Source: an uncultured bacterium (GTDB taxonomy: Bacteria; Zhuqueibacterota; QNDG01; JAGLOF01). Taken from it: 64,000 nucleotides of DNA. Where the stretch lies: the NCBI GenBank assembly GCA_964621645.1, contig CAZUMH010000002.1:8928-72927 (forward strand), given 5' to 3'. A program made the position numbers and the translations under genes. Of this stretch, positions 1 to 10,220 are shown piece by piece. The notes beneath the pieces are model-generated. The model did not search any database and was not told where the DNA came from. It was given only the letters and a program-made list of their open reading frames with translations. Numbering within the stretch: position 1 is the stretch's first letter; the number at the start of each line of letters is the position of its first letter.

Positions 1-96
1 CTGCCGGTCTCTCCTTTTTCCTATCCTGACGAATTAAAAATTAGCGGCAGGCAAAATGAAAAAGATAATTTTAAAAGCCGCTTTCTGGAGCAGGCG

Positions 97-732
97 GTGG
101 CTGTCTCATTGGCGCTCGAGAGTGACGATTCCCGGAATCTGCTCCCCAAACAGTTCATGAAAGAACTCAAAAGATCCCGACTTCAAAATATTATCCGGTA
201 CGCGGCGGCCGCGGTTGTGGCACTCATAGCGTTGGCATCCTTCCAGCTGAACAGCACTTTAAAGGAGAAGAAGGCTGAAGTGAGCACTGTCGAAAAACGG
301 GGTTCCTTATTTTCCCAAAATGCCGGATTACTATTTACGGCACTGGAAGGCCAGGAGAGAGAACTTAAAACTGAGCTGGTGGCGCTGAAGTCACGGGGAA
401 GTCAGGACCTGACTCCAATTTATATCCTGCGAATGCTCTCCAATATAACGCCCAGCATTTTTTCTTTGGTTTCATTTTCTTATGGTGAAGCCAAGGCCGA
501 GACAAAAAAACCGGAAGGCACTGAATCAGCAGAACCTCCCGGTAAACAGGTGATCATTAGCGGGATTGTTCAGAAGCCGCCCACGGATGTCGAGGTGGTC
601 CTGGCACAATATATTATTGATCTGGAAGAATCGGGATTTTTCTCTTCTGTTAACCTGGATAAAAAGATGCATCTGGAAGAAGAAAATGCCTTCCGTTTTA
701 GTCTGATCGCTCAGGTCCGCAAGGGAGGTTGA
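97..732 (+). CDS. pilN: Type IV pilus assembly protein PilN. Starts at GTG 97 with SD GGAG at 87-90. The frame is also open back to the window edge, so a longer or fused N-terminus cannot be excluded.
   Basis: N-terminal NLLP motif (SRNLLPKQF), a single TM helix (AAAVVALIALASF) then a coiled-coil region; position immediately upstream of pilO/pilP/pilQ. Confidence 0.65.
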   Translation: MAVSLALESDDSRNLLPKQFMKELKRSRLQNIIRYAAAAVVALIALASFQLNSTLKEKKAEVSTVEKRGSLFSQNAGLLFTALEGQERELKTELVALKSRGSQDLTPIYILRMLSNITPSIFSLVSFSYGEAKAETKKPEGTESAEPPGKQVIISGIVQKPPTDVEVVLAQYIIDLEESGFFSSVNLDKKMHLEEENAFRFSLIAQVRKGG

Positions 733-1307
733 GTGTGAAAGATAAGAAACAACTAATTGTTCCCGTACTTGCCGGCCTGGTCGTCGTTGCGTGGATTTTT
801 CTATTTTATCTTCCCTACTCCCAGCAGATCGGAAGCTATAATAATAGGTTGAAGGAATTAGAGAAAAGGGAGGCTGATAGAATATCTCCCATGGATATCA
901 CAATCCAGCAGAACAAGGTTGACAGTCTTAAGGTCAAACTGGACAATACCCTGAAGGCATTTTATCCGGAGGACAAACTGCTGGACCTGGGGAGAACAAT
1001 GGGAAAAGTCGGCAGGGATTACGGCCTCACCCTCGTGTCGATTGTCCCCGATCACAGCAGTCTTTCTATACTTTTTTCTAATCAGCAGATTTCGGAATTA
1101 CCGGTGACTGTCATTTACAGCGGGAGATTCATGAGATTGGCCAGCTTTCTCGATAAAATTGCACATATCGGTGTTTCATTCAAATTGACGGAATTGAAAC
1201 TGGAAAGACCGAGTTTTGATTCACGCGATCTGCAGATAGAATTAAATGGAGTAATCCTGATAAACACCAGGATATCACAATCGGCAGAAAATAAAAACAA
1301 AGCATAG
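729..1307 (+). CDS. pilO: Type IV pilus assembly protein PilO
   Basis: 4-nt overlap with pilN; N-terminal TM helix (LIVPVLAGLVVVAWIFLFYL) followed by a coiled coil; synteny pilN-pilO...pilP-pilQ. Confidence 0.6.
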   Translation: MSVKDKKQLIVPVLAGLVVVAWIFLFYLPYSQQIGSYNNRLKELEKREADRISPMDITIQQNKVDSLKVKLDNTLKAFYPEDKLLDLGRTMGKVGRDYGLTLVSIVPDHSSLSILFSNQQISELPVTVIYSGRFMRLASFLDKIAHIGVSFKLTELKLERPSFDSRDLQIELNGVILINTRISQSAENKNKA

Positions 1308-1358
1308 GATTACGACCTGGTGCTTTCCGGACAGCAGGAAGGAAGACCGGAGGAACAT

Positions 1359-4300
1359 ATGAATCGAATAAAAAGGGATAAGGGACTCATCCAATTCGGC
1401 GCGGCAATGCTGCTGCTGGGACTTTTATGGCTTACCTGTGCTCCCAAGCAACCGATGGATCCCACGGAATCCATCCAGGCACAGGTGACTATCCTGGCTG
1501 ATATGACTGCCGCCCCTTCCCAGGTTGTTATGGGTGGGAACCAGTCCACGGTACGAGTGAGGCTTATTGACGAACAAGGCGATCCCTTAGCCGGTGAAAC
1601 AATTTCTTTTTCCTGTTCTCTGGGAAGCATAACCCAGTCAGATGAAACCGACAGTGATGGGTGGGCCCAGGTTGTATTCACCAGTGGAACCGAGACCGGC
1701 GAAGCGACGGTTACGGCCCGCTACGGTAGTCAGGTCTCAACGGTGACAACAATCAAGATTCTTTCTTATGAGGCAGGAATGCTTCAGATAGAAACCGCGC
1801 GCAGCAGTATTCTGGCCAATGGGATTGACTCCACTGCCGTCCTTGTTACAGTACTGGGAGATTCAGCCCTGCCGGTACAGGGAGCCTTGGTTTCTTTTAG
1901 CACTTCCGCAGGTTCGATAGCATCTACGGCCATGACAAACAGCGAGGGGGTGGCTGAGGCCTATCTCTACAGTGATGCCTCCAAGAGTGATATGGCCGCC
2001 CTGGTAACGGCAGTGTATGATTCTCTAAGCAGTCAGATTTCGGTTAGCTTCAGGGGAGTGAGCATTACGGCAAGCGCCTTTTCCTCAGAGATATTGGCAG
2101 ATGGACAGAGTACTTCGACTATTTCAGTGATTTTAAAGGAGAGTACGAGCAAGGTAGCCATTTCCGGCGCGCGGGTAATATTCGCTACGAATGCCGGCAC
2201 TATACCCCGAAGTGCTCTCTCCAACAGCTCCGGAGTAGCTCAGGCAGATTTAACGAGCTCCAATGCGGCCGATTCTGCCGAGGTGATTATCCGGTACGGT
2301 TCCACCCTGTCCGATACGGTGACGGTCGTATTTGTGGAACAGACAGGTGTGACATACACCTTGAGCAGCTTGATGAGAAGTGCTCCGGTACTCCTGGCGA
2401 ACGGAGTTGATCAGTCAATTATTAGTACGCGGGTAACGGATGTTTCAGGTAATCCCGTATCCGGGATAACGGTTAATTTCACGGCCTCTGCGGGGGAGAT
2501 TGCTTCCAGTGTCGTCACCAGCAGCGACGGGCGGGCTCAGGCTACCCTTATTGCGGCGGCGAGCAGTACCGATATCATCTCTACAGTGACCGCTTCACTG
2601 GGAACTCAAAGTGTGCAGACCCAGGTTTCCCTTGCCGGTGTGAGCATGCTGCTTCTGGCTCAGCCTGATACTATCCTGGCTGACGGCCAAAGCGCCTCTT
2701 CTGTCATGCTCATTTTAAAACGGACTACTTCAAACGAAGCCGTTGCGAACGAGACGATACGGTTTTCGGCGACATTGGGGACTATACCATATCAGATTTC
2801 AACAGATGCCGCCGGAGTGGCCCGCGCCACGCTTACCAGTGTGACCAGCACGGGCACTTCCCGGATCATTGCTCGCTACGGACAGGAACTCTCAGATACC
2901 GCCCTGGTCGTCTTTTCCAATCAGGCACCTACTCAATATGTCTTGCAGAGCCTGACAGCCGGCAAGACGGAGATTATTGCCAATGGTGTTTCTCAGGCTG
3001 TTATCACTGCCAAGATCACGGATAATGATGGCAATCCTGTTTCGGGTGTCCCGGTGGTATTCCTGACCACTTCCGGAAGTATCGAGTCGCAGGCAATCAG
3101 TAACACTGACGGCACGGCCACGGCCCATCTGACATCACTGGCCAGCAGCAGCGATGTCACGGCAACGGTCACGGCGAGACTGGACCAAAGCTCCAGCAGA
3201 AACATCAATATTATCTTTCAGGGATTGACTCTCACCCTGAGTGCGATGCCCGACAGCATTTTGGCAGATGGGCAAAGTACCAGCTCCATCATGGCGGTGT
3301 TAAAGCGTACCGCTACCCAGGTTGCCGTCAACGGTGAGACGATTAATTTCGGCACGGATCTGGGTACCATTCCCGCTGAGGCACAAACAAATATTTCCGG
3401 GGTGGCTCAGGTTGATCTTACCAGCAGCACCCAGATAGGCCAGGCTCAGGTTGTAGCCCGCTATGGAAATCTTATTACCGATACCGTATACGTGGCTATG
3501 CAGGAATCAGTCCCCTACTATCTGCAAGTGACTGCATCACCGCCGGTGATTACGGCAGATGGTCAGAGTCAGTCAACTATCAGTGCTTCGGTGAGTGATA
3601 TCAACCGTAATCCCGTTCCGGACGGTACGATGGTATACTACCGGCTCTTTGGATCAGGAACCTTGCAGCGAAACGCCCAGGGCACCTCCAGCGGAGTTTC
3701 CAGCAATTATCTCACTGCGGGAGCCACGCCGGATACGGCTCAGGTTGAGGTCCGAGTGGGCTCGCTGCGCGATACAGTGGAAATAGTATACAAGGTTGGA
3801 CCAGCCGATCAGATCCTGGTTTCCACCAACAAGGACAGCATCATGGCCGACGGTAAGGAGACGGCCATCATTACGGCCAGGGTTCTGGATGCGCAGGGCA
3901 CTCCCATCCGGAACGCCACGGTGAATTTTGCCTCAAGTCTGGGGGATGTAACTCCCACGGCTCAAACCGGGACAGACGGCAGGGCTACGGCCCAATTCTC
4001 CAGCGGTGAGGTAGGAACGGCTACCGTTACCGCATCGGTAAATCTGGCCGGAGGTGGGACAGCCAGCGGAAATACAACCATTGTTCTGGTTCCGGGCGGG
4101 CCGAATTCCATCCTGCTGCACTTCGATCCCCAGACTATCGGAGTCAGGGGAACCGGCCAGAATCAGACGGCGATCATCGAAGCTGAAGTGCGGGACGCCA
4201 AGAACAATCCTGTCGAGGACGGCACCAATGTGACTTTCTCAATCGTGCATGGGCCCGGCGGCGGGGAATTCCTCACCCCCGGCCCCGCGGATATGCCTAT

Positions 4301-5363
4301 ACCCACCGTCGGGGGAATGGCTCGTGTGTCCATCTCCAGCGGCACAATTTCAGGCAACGTGCGGGTGCAGGCGCAGACCACCGGCAGCCAGGGAAACATC
4401 ATCGCCACAGCTTCCGAAATACTGATCCACGCCGGCCCTCCCTTCATGCTCGATCGGACCGACTACTCCTCAACTCATCTAACGGTGGCCGCGGAACAGC
4501 TGAATATATGGCGAACACTGGGTACGACAAATATGCATCTGGCGGTATTTGACAAATATCACAATCCGGTTCAACAGGGAACGGCAGTCTACCTGACCAG
4601 CTCTGGAGGAGGCGTGAGCACTCATACCGCCCTGACCGACGCCGACGGCAAGGCGACGGTAATCCTTACCGCAGGGAATAATCAGCCGAAGATCTCCGAT
4701 TACTATAATGGAGAACTGATGCAGGATCCCAATTTTCCAAACACAATATTGCCGGGCCCCATTGCTTACAGCGCTCCGGGATCTCCAACTGGTATGGAAT
4801 ACCTCCTTCCGGATTTTGAAAATTCTCTGGTGGCCAACTCCATGGCTGACAGTTTCGCCACCTGTCCCCGTTACCAGGGGAATCCTGTGGTGATGGAATA
4901 TGATTCATTAGAGAACGACGGGATTGCCCGCATAGTAGCGTACACCGAAGGCCAGGATCAGAACGGCGATTCCGTCCGTGTCTGGGATCAGATTACAGTG
5001 GTCTTTTCCGGAGCCGTCGGGTACAATGACGACTCTCAAACATCGCTGGCCTGGGACAGTCTGGGTCCGGGGGAATCCGCCACAATGATTTTCAGCCTCA
5101 TGGATGACAACGGCAATCCCATCGAAGCGCGATCGGATATCACCGCTTCCTTGACCAGCGAAGTGGACGCGGCTCTCTCCTGGACTGCTTTAAATACCGG
5201 CGACGGCTGGGGAACGGTATACTATGCCCTGACGATTTTCAACAAGGTGGATCCGACCAGTCCCAATCCGAAACTGGGGCCGACAACCATAAAAATATCC
5301 TGGACAGGAGATCATCAGTTCGGCGAGGCTATTTCAAAAGTCGGAGTCATTATAACTTCCTAG
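1359..5363 (+). CDS. Giant (about 1335 aa) secreted/lipoprotein-like surface protein. It has about 12-13 tandem bacterial Ig-like (Big_1/invasin-type) repeats and a unique C-terminal domain of about 300 aa.
   Basis: RBS GGAGGA then ATG 1359. Signal peptide MNRIKRDKGLIQFGAAMLLLGLLWLTC. Repeated about 95-aa units of the type 'ILADGQSTS...AGTIP...SNSSGVAQADLTSS...ARYG..LSDTV'. Confidence 0.7.
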   Translation: MNRIKRDKGLIQFGAAMLLLGLLWLTCAPKQPMDPTESIQAQVTILADMTAAPSQVVMGGNQSTVRVRLIDEQGDPLAGETISFSCSLGSITQSDETDSDGWAQVVFTSGTETGEATVTARYGSQVSTVTTIKILSYEAGMLQIETARSSILANGIDSTAVLVTVLGDSALPVQGALVSFSTSAGSIASTAMTNSEGVAEAYLYSDASKSDMAALVTAVYDSLSSQISVSFRGVSITASAFSSEILADGQSTSTISVILKESTSKVAISGARVIFATNAGTIPRSALSNSSGVAQADLTSSNAADSAEVIIRYGSTLSDTVTVVFVEQTGVTYTLSSLMRSAPVLLANGVDQSIISTRVTDVSGNPVSGITVNFTASAGEIASSVVTSSDGRAQATLIAAASSTDIISTVTASLGTQSVQTQVSLAGVSMLLLAQPDTILADGQSASSVMLILKRTTSNEAVANETIRFSATLGTIPYQISTDAAGVARATLTSVTSTGTSRIIARYGQELSDTALVVFSNQAPTQYVLQSLTAGKTEIIANGVSQAVITAKITDNDGNPVSGVPVVFLTTSGSIESQAISNTDGTATAHLTSLASSSDVTATVTARLDQSSSRNINIIFQGLTLTLSAMPDSILADGQSTSSIMAVLKRTATQVAVNGETINFGTDLGTIPAEAQTNISGVAQVDLTSSTQIGQAQVVARYGNLITDTVYVAMQESVPYYLQVTASPPVITADGQSQSTISASVSDINRNPVPDGTMVYYRLFGSGTLQRNAQGTSSGVSSNYLTAGATPDTAQVEVRVGSLRDTVEIVYKVGPADQILVSTNKDSIMADGKETAIITARVLDAQGTPIRNATVNFASSLGDVTPTAQTGTDGRATAQFSSGEVGTATVTASVNLAGGGTASGNTTIVLVPGGPNSILLHFDPQTIGVRGTGQNQTAIIEAEVRDAKNNPVEDGTNVTFSIVHGPGGGEFLTPGPADMPIPTVGGMARVSISSGTISGNVRVQAQTTGSQGNIIATASEILIHAGPPFMLDRTDYSSTHLTVAAEQLNIWRTLGTTNMHLAVFDKYHNPVQQGTAVYLTSSGGGVSTHTALTDADGKATVILTAGNNQPKISDYYNGELMQDPNFPNTILPGPIAYSAPGSPTGMEYLLPDFENSLVANSMADSFATCPRYQGNPVVMEYDSLENDGIARIVAYTEGQDQNGDSVRVWDQITVVFSGAVGYNDDSQTSLAWDSLGPGESATMIFSLMDDNGNPIEARSDITASLTSEVDAALSWTALNTGDGWGTVYYALTIFNKVDPTSPNPKLGPTTIKISWTGDHQFGEAISKVGVIITS
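1780..4455 (+). repeat. Diverged tandem coding repeats, about 285 nt (95 aa) per unit, encoding the Ig-like domains of the giant protein
   Basis: Recurrent peptide blocks (ILADGQS.S.I...L..., ...AGTIP..., RYG..L.DT..V.F) spaced at about 95 aa throughout residues about 150-1040. Confidence 0.5.
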
Positions 5364-5399
5364 AAAGTCGAAAGAGGATGTGTTATAAAGGAAACGGTA

Positions 5400-6188
5400 A
5401 TGATGCTAAAAAACAAGATGATATTGATAATCATGCTTTGCGGGGCTGTCGCCGGAACGGGATGGGCTCAGATGGCGGGTAATCCCACCGGGACCACCGG
5501 AGCTCGGCAGTGGACGATTAACGCGAACGGCACCTATTTTTATCAGGGAGTCGGCAGCGAGAAGGTGGTGTCAAACCGCTTCCTTTTAAAGAGCAATTGG
5601 GGAGTCACCGACTGGCTGGATCTCTACATTCAGGGTGGAGTCGCCAACCTCGAATCCCGTGTCAACTCCCTCAATACCACGGATTATCGGGACAAATACC
5701 GCTTCGCCTATGGAGGTGGATTCAGCACCTCCTATGGCCCCGGAAAACTCAAAGCATGGGCCAGTGCCAATGTCCTGCGTTTTCGTTCGCAAGGGAATTT
5801 CATCGAGACGCTTCTCATTGGAAGTCAGACCTACGATAAACGTTTTGAGATGGGCTATGACTGGCGTGAATTCCGGGCATTTTTAGGGAGCTCATACTCC
5901 TACCGACGGTTTACTTTCTACCTGGCCGCAGCAGGCTGGTACCTCTGGCGGCTGGATACGAAGGATGAATATCTTGAATCCGGCAGCTCAAGTACCTATA
6001 TGGGGCAGGTTAAGGATACATACAGAAGCGGCCTCTGGAGCGGTTTATTAGCGGGTATCCAGATGAATTTACCCCAGCATTATGCCATCAACATTGAAGT
6101 GCTGCTCTTTAATGAAACAAATGTGCAAATCATGGCAGGGATATCACAAACCGGATCCCCGCCGGAGAAACATATAACAGAATTATAG
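5400..6188 (+). CDS. Putative outer-membrane beta-barrel protein with a signal peptide, of unknown function
   Basis: Signal peptide MMLKNKMILIIMLCGAVAGTGWAQ; alternating aromatic/hydrophilic pattern (YRFAYGGGFSTSY, FRAFLGSSYSYRRFTFYLAAAGWYLW) typical of OM beta-strands. Confidence 0.4.
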   Translation: MMLKNKMILIIMLCGAVAGTGWAQMAGNPTGTTGARQWTINANGTYFYQGVGSEKVVSNRFLLKSNWGVTDWLDLYIQGGVANLESRVNSLNTTDYRDKYRFAYGGGFSTSYGPGKLKAWASANVLRFRSQGNFIETLLIGSQTYDKRFEMGYDWREFRAFLGSSYSYRRFTFYLAAAGWYLWRLDTKDEYLESGSSSTYMGQVKDTYRSGLWSGLLAGIQMNLPQHYAINIEVLLFNETNVQIMAGISQTGSPPEKHITEL

Positions 6189-6194
6189 TAAAGG

Positions 6195-6692
6195 GTGCTG
6201 GATATGGCACTGGCCAAGAAAGAAAAAAGACTATTGATAATCTGCGGAATCGTTGCCGTAGGGGCGGGGATTTATCAATTCGTCATTTATCCAGCCCAAC
6301 AGGCTAAAAAGAATCCCCTTGCGGAAAGCAAAGCGGCCGCTCAGGTTCAGCAAGCGGCGGCAGGCGTGACCGGTGAGATTACCCAAAAGGAACCGGTAAT
6401 GCCGACTCAGGCTACCATATTTGCTAATTGGGGCAGGGATCCGTTTGTGGCCGGCTCCCGTGCGGGAGAGTCAGCGTCTTCCAGCGGCGGTGGGTCATCT
6501 TCAGCTTCTAAAAAACTGGTGCTGAAGGGAATTTTCTGGAAGCAGGGCATACCACACGCTCTGATCAACGATTTCGTGTTGGCGGAGGGCGAAACTCAGG
6601 ATGGAATCCTGGTGAAAAAGATAACCGGGACGGAAGTGATTTGCCAGAGAAATAACAGGAAAATCACGCTACACTGGAGCGACAGATCATGA
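6195..6692 (+). CDS. pilP: PilP-like pilus assembly protein. Likely start is ATG 6204 after SD AAGGG; ORF-track start is GTG 6195.
   Basis: N-terminal membrane anchor (LLIICGIVAVGAGIY), Ser/Gly-rich linker, RDPF motif and C-terminal beta-domain (LKGIFWKQG...ALIND.VLAEGE); overlaps pilQ start by 4 nt. Confidence 0.5.
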   Translation: MLDMALAKKEKRLLIICGIVAVGAGIYQFVIYPAQQAKKNPLAESKAAAQVQQAAAGVTGEITQKEPVMPTQATIFANWGRDPFVAGSRAGESASSSGGGSSSASKKLVLKGIFWKQGIPHALINDFVLAEGETQDGILVKKITGTEVICQRNNRKITLHWSDRS

Positions 6693-8995
6693 ACAAGTAC
6701 AAAAAGACTTTGATAGGTATAGCGACCGCCTTTCTGCTTTGCAGCAGTACGGGATGGACGCAGTCCACACTCACTTCTATAAAGAAGGGGGGGGAGGGTG
6801 AACGAAGCTGGATTGTCCTTTCTTTCAATCAGAAGGCGATCTGGAGTGGCATCTCCCGATTGCAGGGGATGAAAGGATACGCCCTCTATTTCATGGGTAA
6901 CGCTGGTATTCTCGACGGGGAACGCCGCAGCATCAATCCGATCAACGGGCCCGATTTGCTGGTTGAGCAGGTAAGCACCGATCCGGAGGTGATGAAGGTT
7001 ACGGTGACCTGTGATGCTGCCACTCAGCTTACCGTTCTGAACAATAACCGGTACGTGGTGGTTTCCTTCAACGACGATCGATTCGTCCAATCGGCTGCAC
7101 TGCAGACCATTGAGGATGTCTCTCCTACACAGGGTGAACTGGTATCGGTTGTTCAGAGGAGCAGCAACAGCAATTTTATCGCATCTATGACGTTTAACGG
7201 ATCATATGAATGGTATGGCTTTATCCAACCGGTTTCCCACGCGGCGGCTTTGCTGATTCGTGGAGCTACCAACACAGGCCGCTCCGATATCAGTTATACA
7301 AATGCCGCTCTGCGCCGTATCCGCATCTTCAATGATGAGGGTGAACATCCCGGGCTTAAAGCAGTGCTTTTCTTTCAGGATGGAAATCCCTATACCATTG
7401 TCAAGAAGGGATCGCAGATGCTGGTGGAGACGGTGAGCCTGGGCGGTACGCCGCAGGAAAAAGTCCTACTGGCCAGCCGGGAACAATCCGGTGCGGTGAC
7501 TGTAACCCCTTCGGCGAAAATGAATGAGGAAGACTGGAAAAAGATCGATGACCTTCTTACCGGAGCACCGCCGGCAGCCAGTGCCGAGCCGGAAGCGGCA
7601 CCGCAGGAACAAAAACAGACAGAGCCCGCCATTAATCAGAGTGGTCAGGGAAAGCAGGTCGAGAAGGAGCAGCCCGCTGTCCAGGAAGAAGTAAATGAGA
7701 AACCAGTTCAGGAAAAACCCAAGGATTTTACTCCAGTAGAGGAGAAGACCAACAGAATTCCGTGGGACGAGAGAGTTACGTTCAGGTTTGATAATACAGA
7801 TTTAAATAAAGCGGTTCGAACAGTTGCAAATCTTTACAATTTGAATGTGGTTTTCTATGAGGGTCTGGAAGGAAAGGTAACCGTTGATTTACATGACGTT
7901 ACGCTGCGACAGGCTTTGGACAAGATGATCTATCCTCTCAATGCCGAGTATCTCGAAGATGACGGCATTATCATGGTCCGCCCGATGAACATGAGTTATG
8001 TTGGCGGGATGAAGACCCGGGTTTTCCGTCTGCAGTACGCCGAAGCGGAGAATGTGGCTCCCATTATCAAACAGGTAGTCAGCAATGACAGCCTTGTCCA
8101 GGTTTTTCATCCGGAATTCCTCAATGTTGAGAAAGGCGGTACCAAACGACAGGAATCGAACAAGATTACCATCCAGGGAGTGAGCCGTACCAGTGTTCTG
8201 GTGGTAACCGAGACTCCCGGCAAACTGAACGAAGTGGCGGATGTTATTAAAGAGCTGGATCGAGCTCCCGTCAAGGTGATCATCCATTCCAAACTGGTGG
8301 AGATGTCGCCCTTAAACAGCAACAAACTGGGGATCGACTGGGATAAAACCATCACCATGGCCTTGAATCAGGTGGATCAGCTGGCAGATGGAAGCAAAAT
8401 TGGCTATTCATTGCTTAATGATGCCCCAGGCAGCGGCGGGACAGTAGAGCTGGGCCACCTAACAGCCAGCAAATTTCAGGCAGTCCTTGATTTCCTGCAG
8501 GAGCGCTCCGACGTGAAACTGAAATCGAATCCCAGCCTGCTGACAAACGACAATGAAGAATCATCCATCAGTGTGGGCACCACGGTGCCGGTTCCGAAGA
8601 TCCAGAGAGGTTTCGGCGGCCAGGGAGACATGGTTACCTTTGATTATAAAGAGGTTAATATTCAGATGAATGTTACTCCTCACGTTACCGAAGATAATAA
8701 GATTACCATGTTCGTTAATCCGGTGATCGAAGAGATAACCGGGTGGGTGGAATTCCAGGGCAATCAGGCACCCATCACGGATAAGAGATCGGTAAACAGT
8801 ATCGTGACAATTAATAATGGAGAAACAGTGGTCATCGGCGGATTGGTAAAGAGTCAGCAGACACGCACCCTGAAAAAGGTCTGGTTCCTGGGCAGCCTTC
8901 CCCTGCTGGGAAAACTTTTCCAACACGAGGAGAACGAGGATAAACAGACAGATTTGATGATTTTTATCACTCCTGAAGTGGTACATGAGGGTTGA
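6689..8995 (+). CDS. pilQ: Type IV pilus secretin PilQ, with AMIN-like N-terminal domains and a Pro/Glu/Gln-rich linker
   Basis: Secretin N domain (NLNVVFYEGLEGKVTVDLHDVTLRQALDKMI) and canonical secretin C-domain (VVIGGLVKSQQTRTLKKVWFLGSLPLLGKLFQHE...DLMIFITPEVV); signal peptide. Confidence 0.85.
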   Translation: MNKYKKTLIGIATAFLLCSSTGWTQSTLTSIKKGGEGERSWIVLSFNQKAIWSGISRLQGMKGYALYFMGNAGILDGERRSINPINGPDLLVEQVSTDPEVMKVTVTCDAATQLTVLNNNRYVVVSFNDDRFVQSAALQTIEDVSPTQGELVSVVQRSSNSNFIASMTFNGSYEWYGFIQPVSHAAALLIRGATNTGRSDISYTNAALRRIRIFNDEGEHPGLKAVLFFQDGNPYTIVKKGSQMLVETVSLGGTPQEKVLLASREQSGAVTVTPSAKMNEEDWKKIDDLLTGAPPAASAEPEAAPQEQKQTEPAINQSGQGKQVEKEQPAVQEEVNEKPVQEKPKDFTPVEEKTNRIPWDERVTFRFDNTDLNKAVRTVANLYNLNVVFYEGLEGKVTVDLHDVTLRQALDKMIYPLNAEYLEDDGIIMVRPMNMSYVGGMKTRVFRLQYAEAENVAPIIKQVVSNDSLVQVFHPEFLNVEKGGTKRQESNKITIQGVSRTSVLVVTETPGKLNEVADVIKELDRAPVKVIIHSKLVEMSPLNSNKLGIDWDKTITMALNQVDQLADGSKIGYSLLNDAPGSGGTVELGHLTASKFQAVLDFLQERSDVKLKSNPSLLTNDNEESSISVGTTVPVPKIQRGFGGQGDMVTFDYKEVNIQMNVTPHVTEDNKITMFVNPVIEEITGWVEFQGNQAPITDKRSVNSIVTINNGETVVIGGLVKSQQTRTLKKVWFLGSLPLLGKLFQHEENEDKQTDLMIFITPEVVHEG

Positions 8996-8998
8996 TGC

Positions 8999-10066
8999 AT
9001 GATAGGTCTTGAACAGATTCATCAACTGCTGACCCACGCGCAAAAACTCTCTGCTTCGGATATCCATCTGGGAGCGGGTTATCCTCCGATTGTACGGATC
9101 GACGGAAAACTGCAGCCCATCAAGGGACGCGTTCTCAGCAAGGGTGATATGGAAGATATCATTGTCCAGGTGCTGGATGATTTCCAAATGGAACGGTTCC
9201 GCAAGGACATGGAACTGGATTTTGGCTACTCCGTGGAAAACGTGGCTCATTTCCGTGTCAACGTGTTCAATAAACTAGGCGGATACGGGATGGCTTTCCG
9301 TATAATCCCTGACAAGATACGCTCCCTGGAAGAACTGGGCCTGCCGGTCACCGTGGCGGAAATGTCCCGGCGGAATGAAGGACTGGTGCTGGTCACGGGG
9401 CCCACGGGACACGGTAAATCGACAACTCTGGCGGCGATGATCGACCTGATGAACACCGAACGCCGCTCCCATATCATTACCATCGAAGATCCTATCGAAT
9501 ACACGCATAAAGCGAAAAACTGTCTTATCCAGCAGCGTGAGCTGGGGCACCATACTCATTCTTTTTCGGCCGCTTTGCGCAGCGCCCTTCGGGAAGATCC
9601 CGATGTGGTGCTGGTGGGAGAGATGCGCGATCTGGAAACAATCGCCCTGGCTTTGACGGCAGCTGAAACCGGACATCTGGTTCTCTCAACCCTGCATACC
9701 AGAAACGCTCCTGATACGGTGAACCGTATCATTGACGTATTCCCGGCTGAACAGCAGAGTCAGATCCTGGCTCAGATCTCAAGCTCACTCCTGGGAATAA
9801 TTTCACAGCGGCTGATACCGAAGGCCCGGGGAGAGGGAAGGATAGCGGCGACGGAAGTCATGGTGGTTAATCCGGCAATCCGCAATCTTATCAGGGAGCG
9901 CAAGACGCACCAAATTCTTTCCATCATGCAATCCAGCACCTCCAAGGGGATGATGTCGATGGACGATCATCTGCTGGAACTGTTGAAAAAAGGATTAATT
10001 TCCAGAGAATTAGCCCAGAAATATGCTTTGGAGCTGGAACGTTTTGTGCCGAAGACCGGCCGCTGA
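8999..10066 (+). CDS. pilT: Twitching-motility retraction ATPase PilT
   Basis: Walker A GPTGHGKSTT, Asp/His boxes, C-terminal AIRNLIRE motif; 355 aa length fits PilT rather than PilB. Confidence 0.85.
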   Translation: MIGLEQIHQLLTHAQKLSASDIHLGAGYPPIVRIDGKLQPIKGRVLSKGDMEDIIVQVLDDFQMERFRKDMELDFGYSVENVAHFRVNVFNKLGGYGMAFRIIPDKIRSLEELGLPVTVAEMSRRNEGLVLVTGPTGHGKSTTLAAMIDLMNTERRSHIITIEDPIEYTHKAKNCLIQQRELGHHTHSFSAALRSALREDPDVVLVGEMRDLETIALALTAAETGHLVLSTLHTRNAPDTVNRIIDVFPAEQQSQILAQISSSLLGIISQRLIPKARGEGRIAATEVMVVNPAIRNLIRERKTHQILSIMQSSTSKGMMSMDDHLLELLKKGLISRELAQKYALELERFVPKTGR

Positions 10067-10100
10067 TACGGCAACGATCCCACCCGTCTACAATTTCCGC

Positions 10101-10126
10101 AGGCCTCCTTCCAGGAGGCCTTTTTG
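10101..10126 (+). terminator. Rho-independent terminator downstream of pilT
   Basis: Stem AGGCCTCC / GGAGGCCT (8 bp, perfect) with loop TTCCA, followed by TTTTT. Confidence 0.65.
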
Positions 10127-10220
10127 ATATTGCCTTCCTCTTGAAACCGCCAAACCAATATTCATTTGCACTGGGACAGAAAAAAATTACGACTAAATAC
10201 GGGCTCCCGGGAAAAAGGGC

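Noticed and set aside
56-160. Short ATG ORF (MKKIILKAAFW...) at the window start
   Set aside because: Out of frame with the PilN NLLP motif; the GTG at 97 with SD GGAG explains the region better.
8561-9250. 229-aa ORF on the minus strand
   Set aside because: Antisense to the well-supported pilQ/pilT genes; no motifs; codon pattern mirrors the sense strand.
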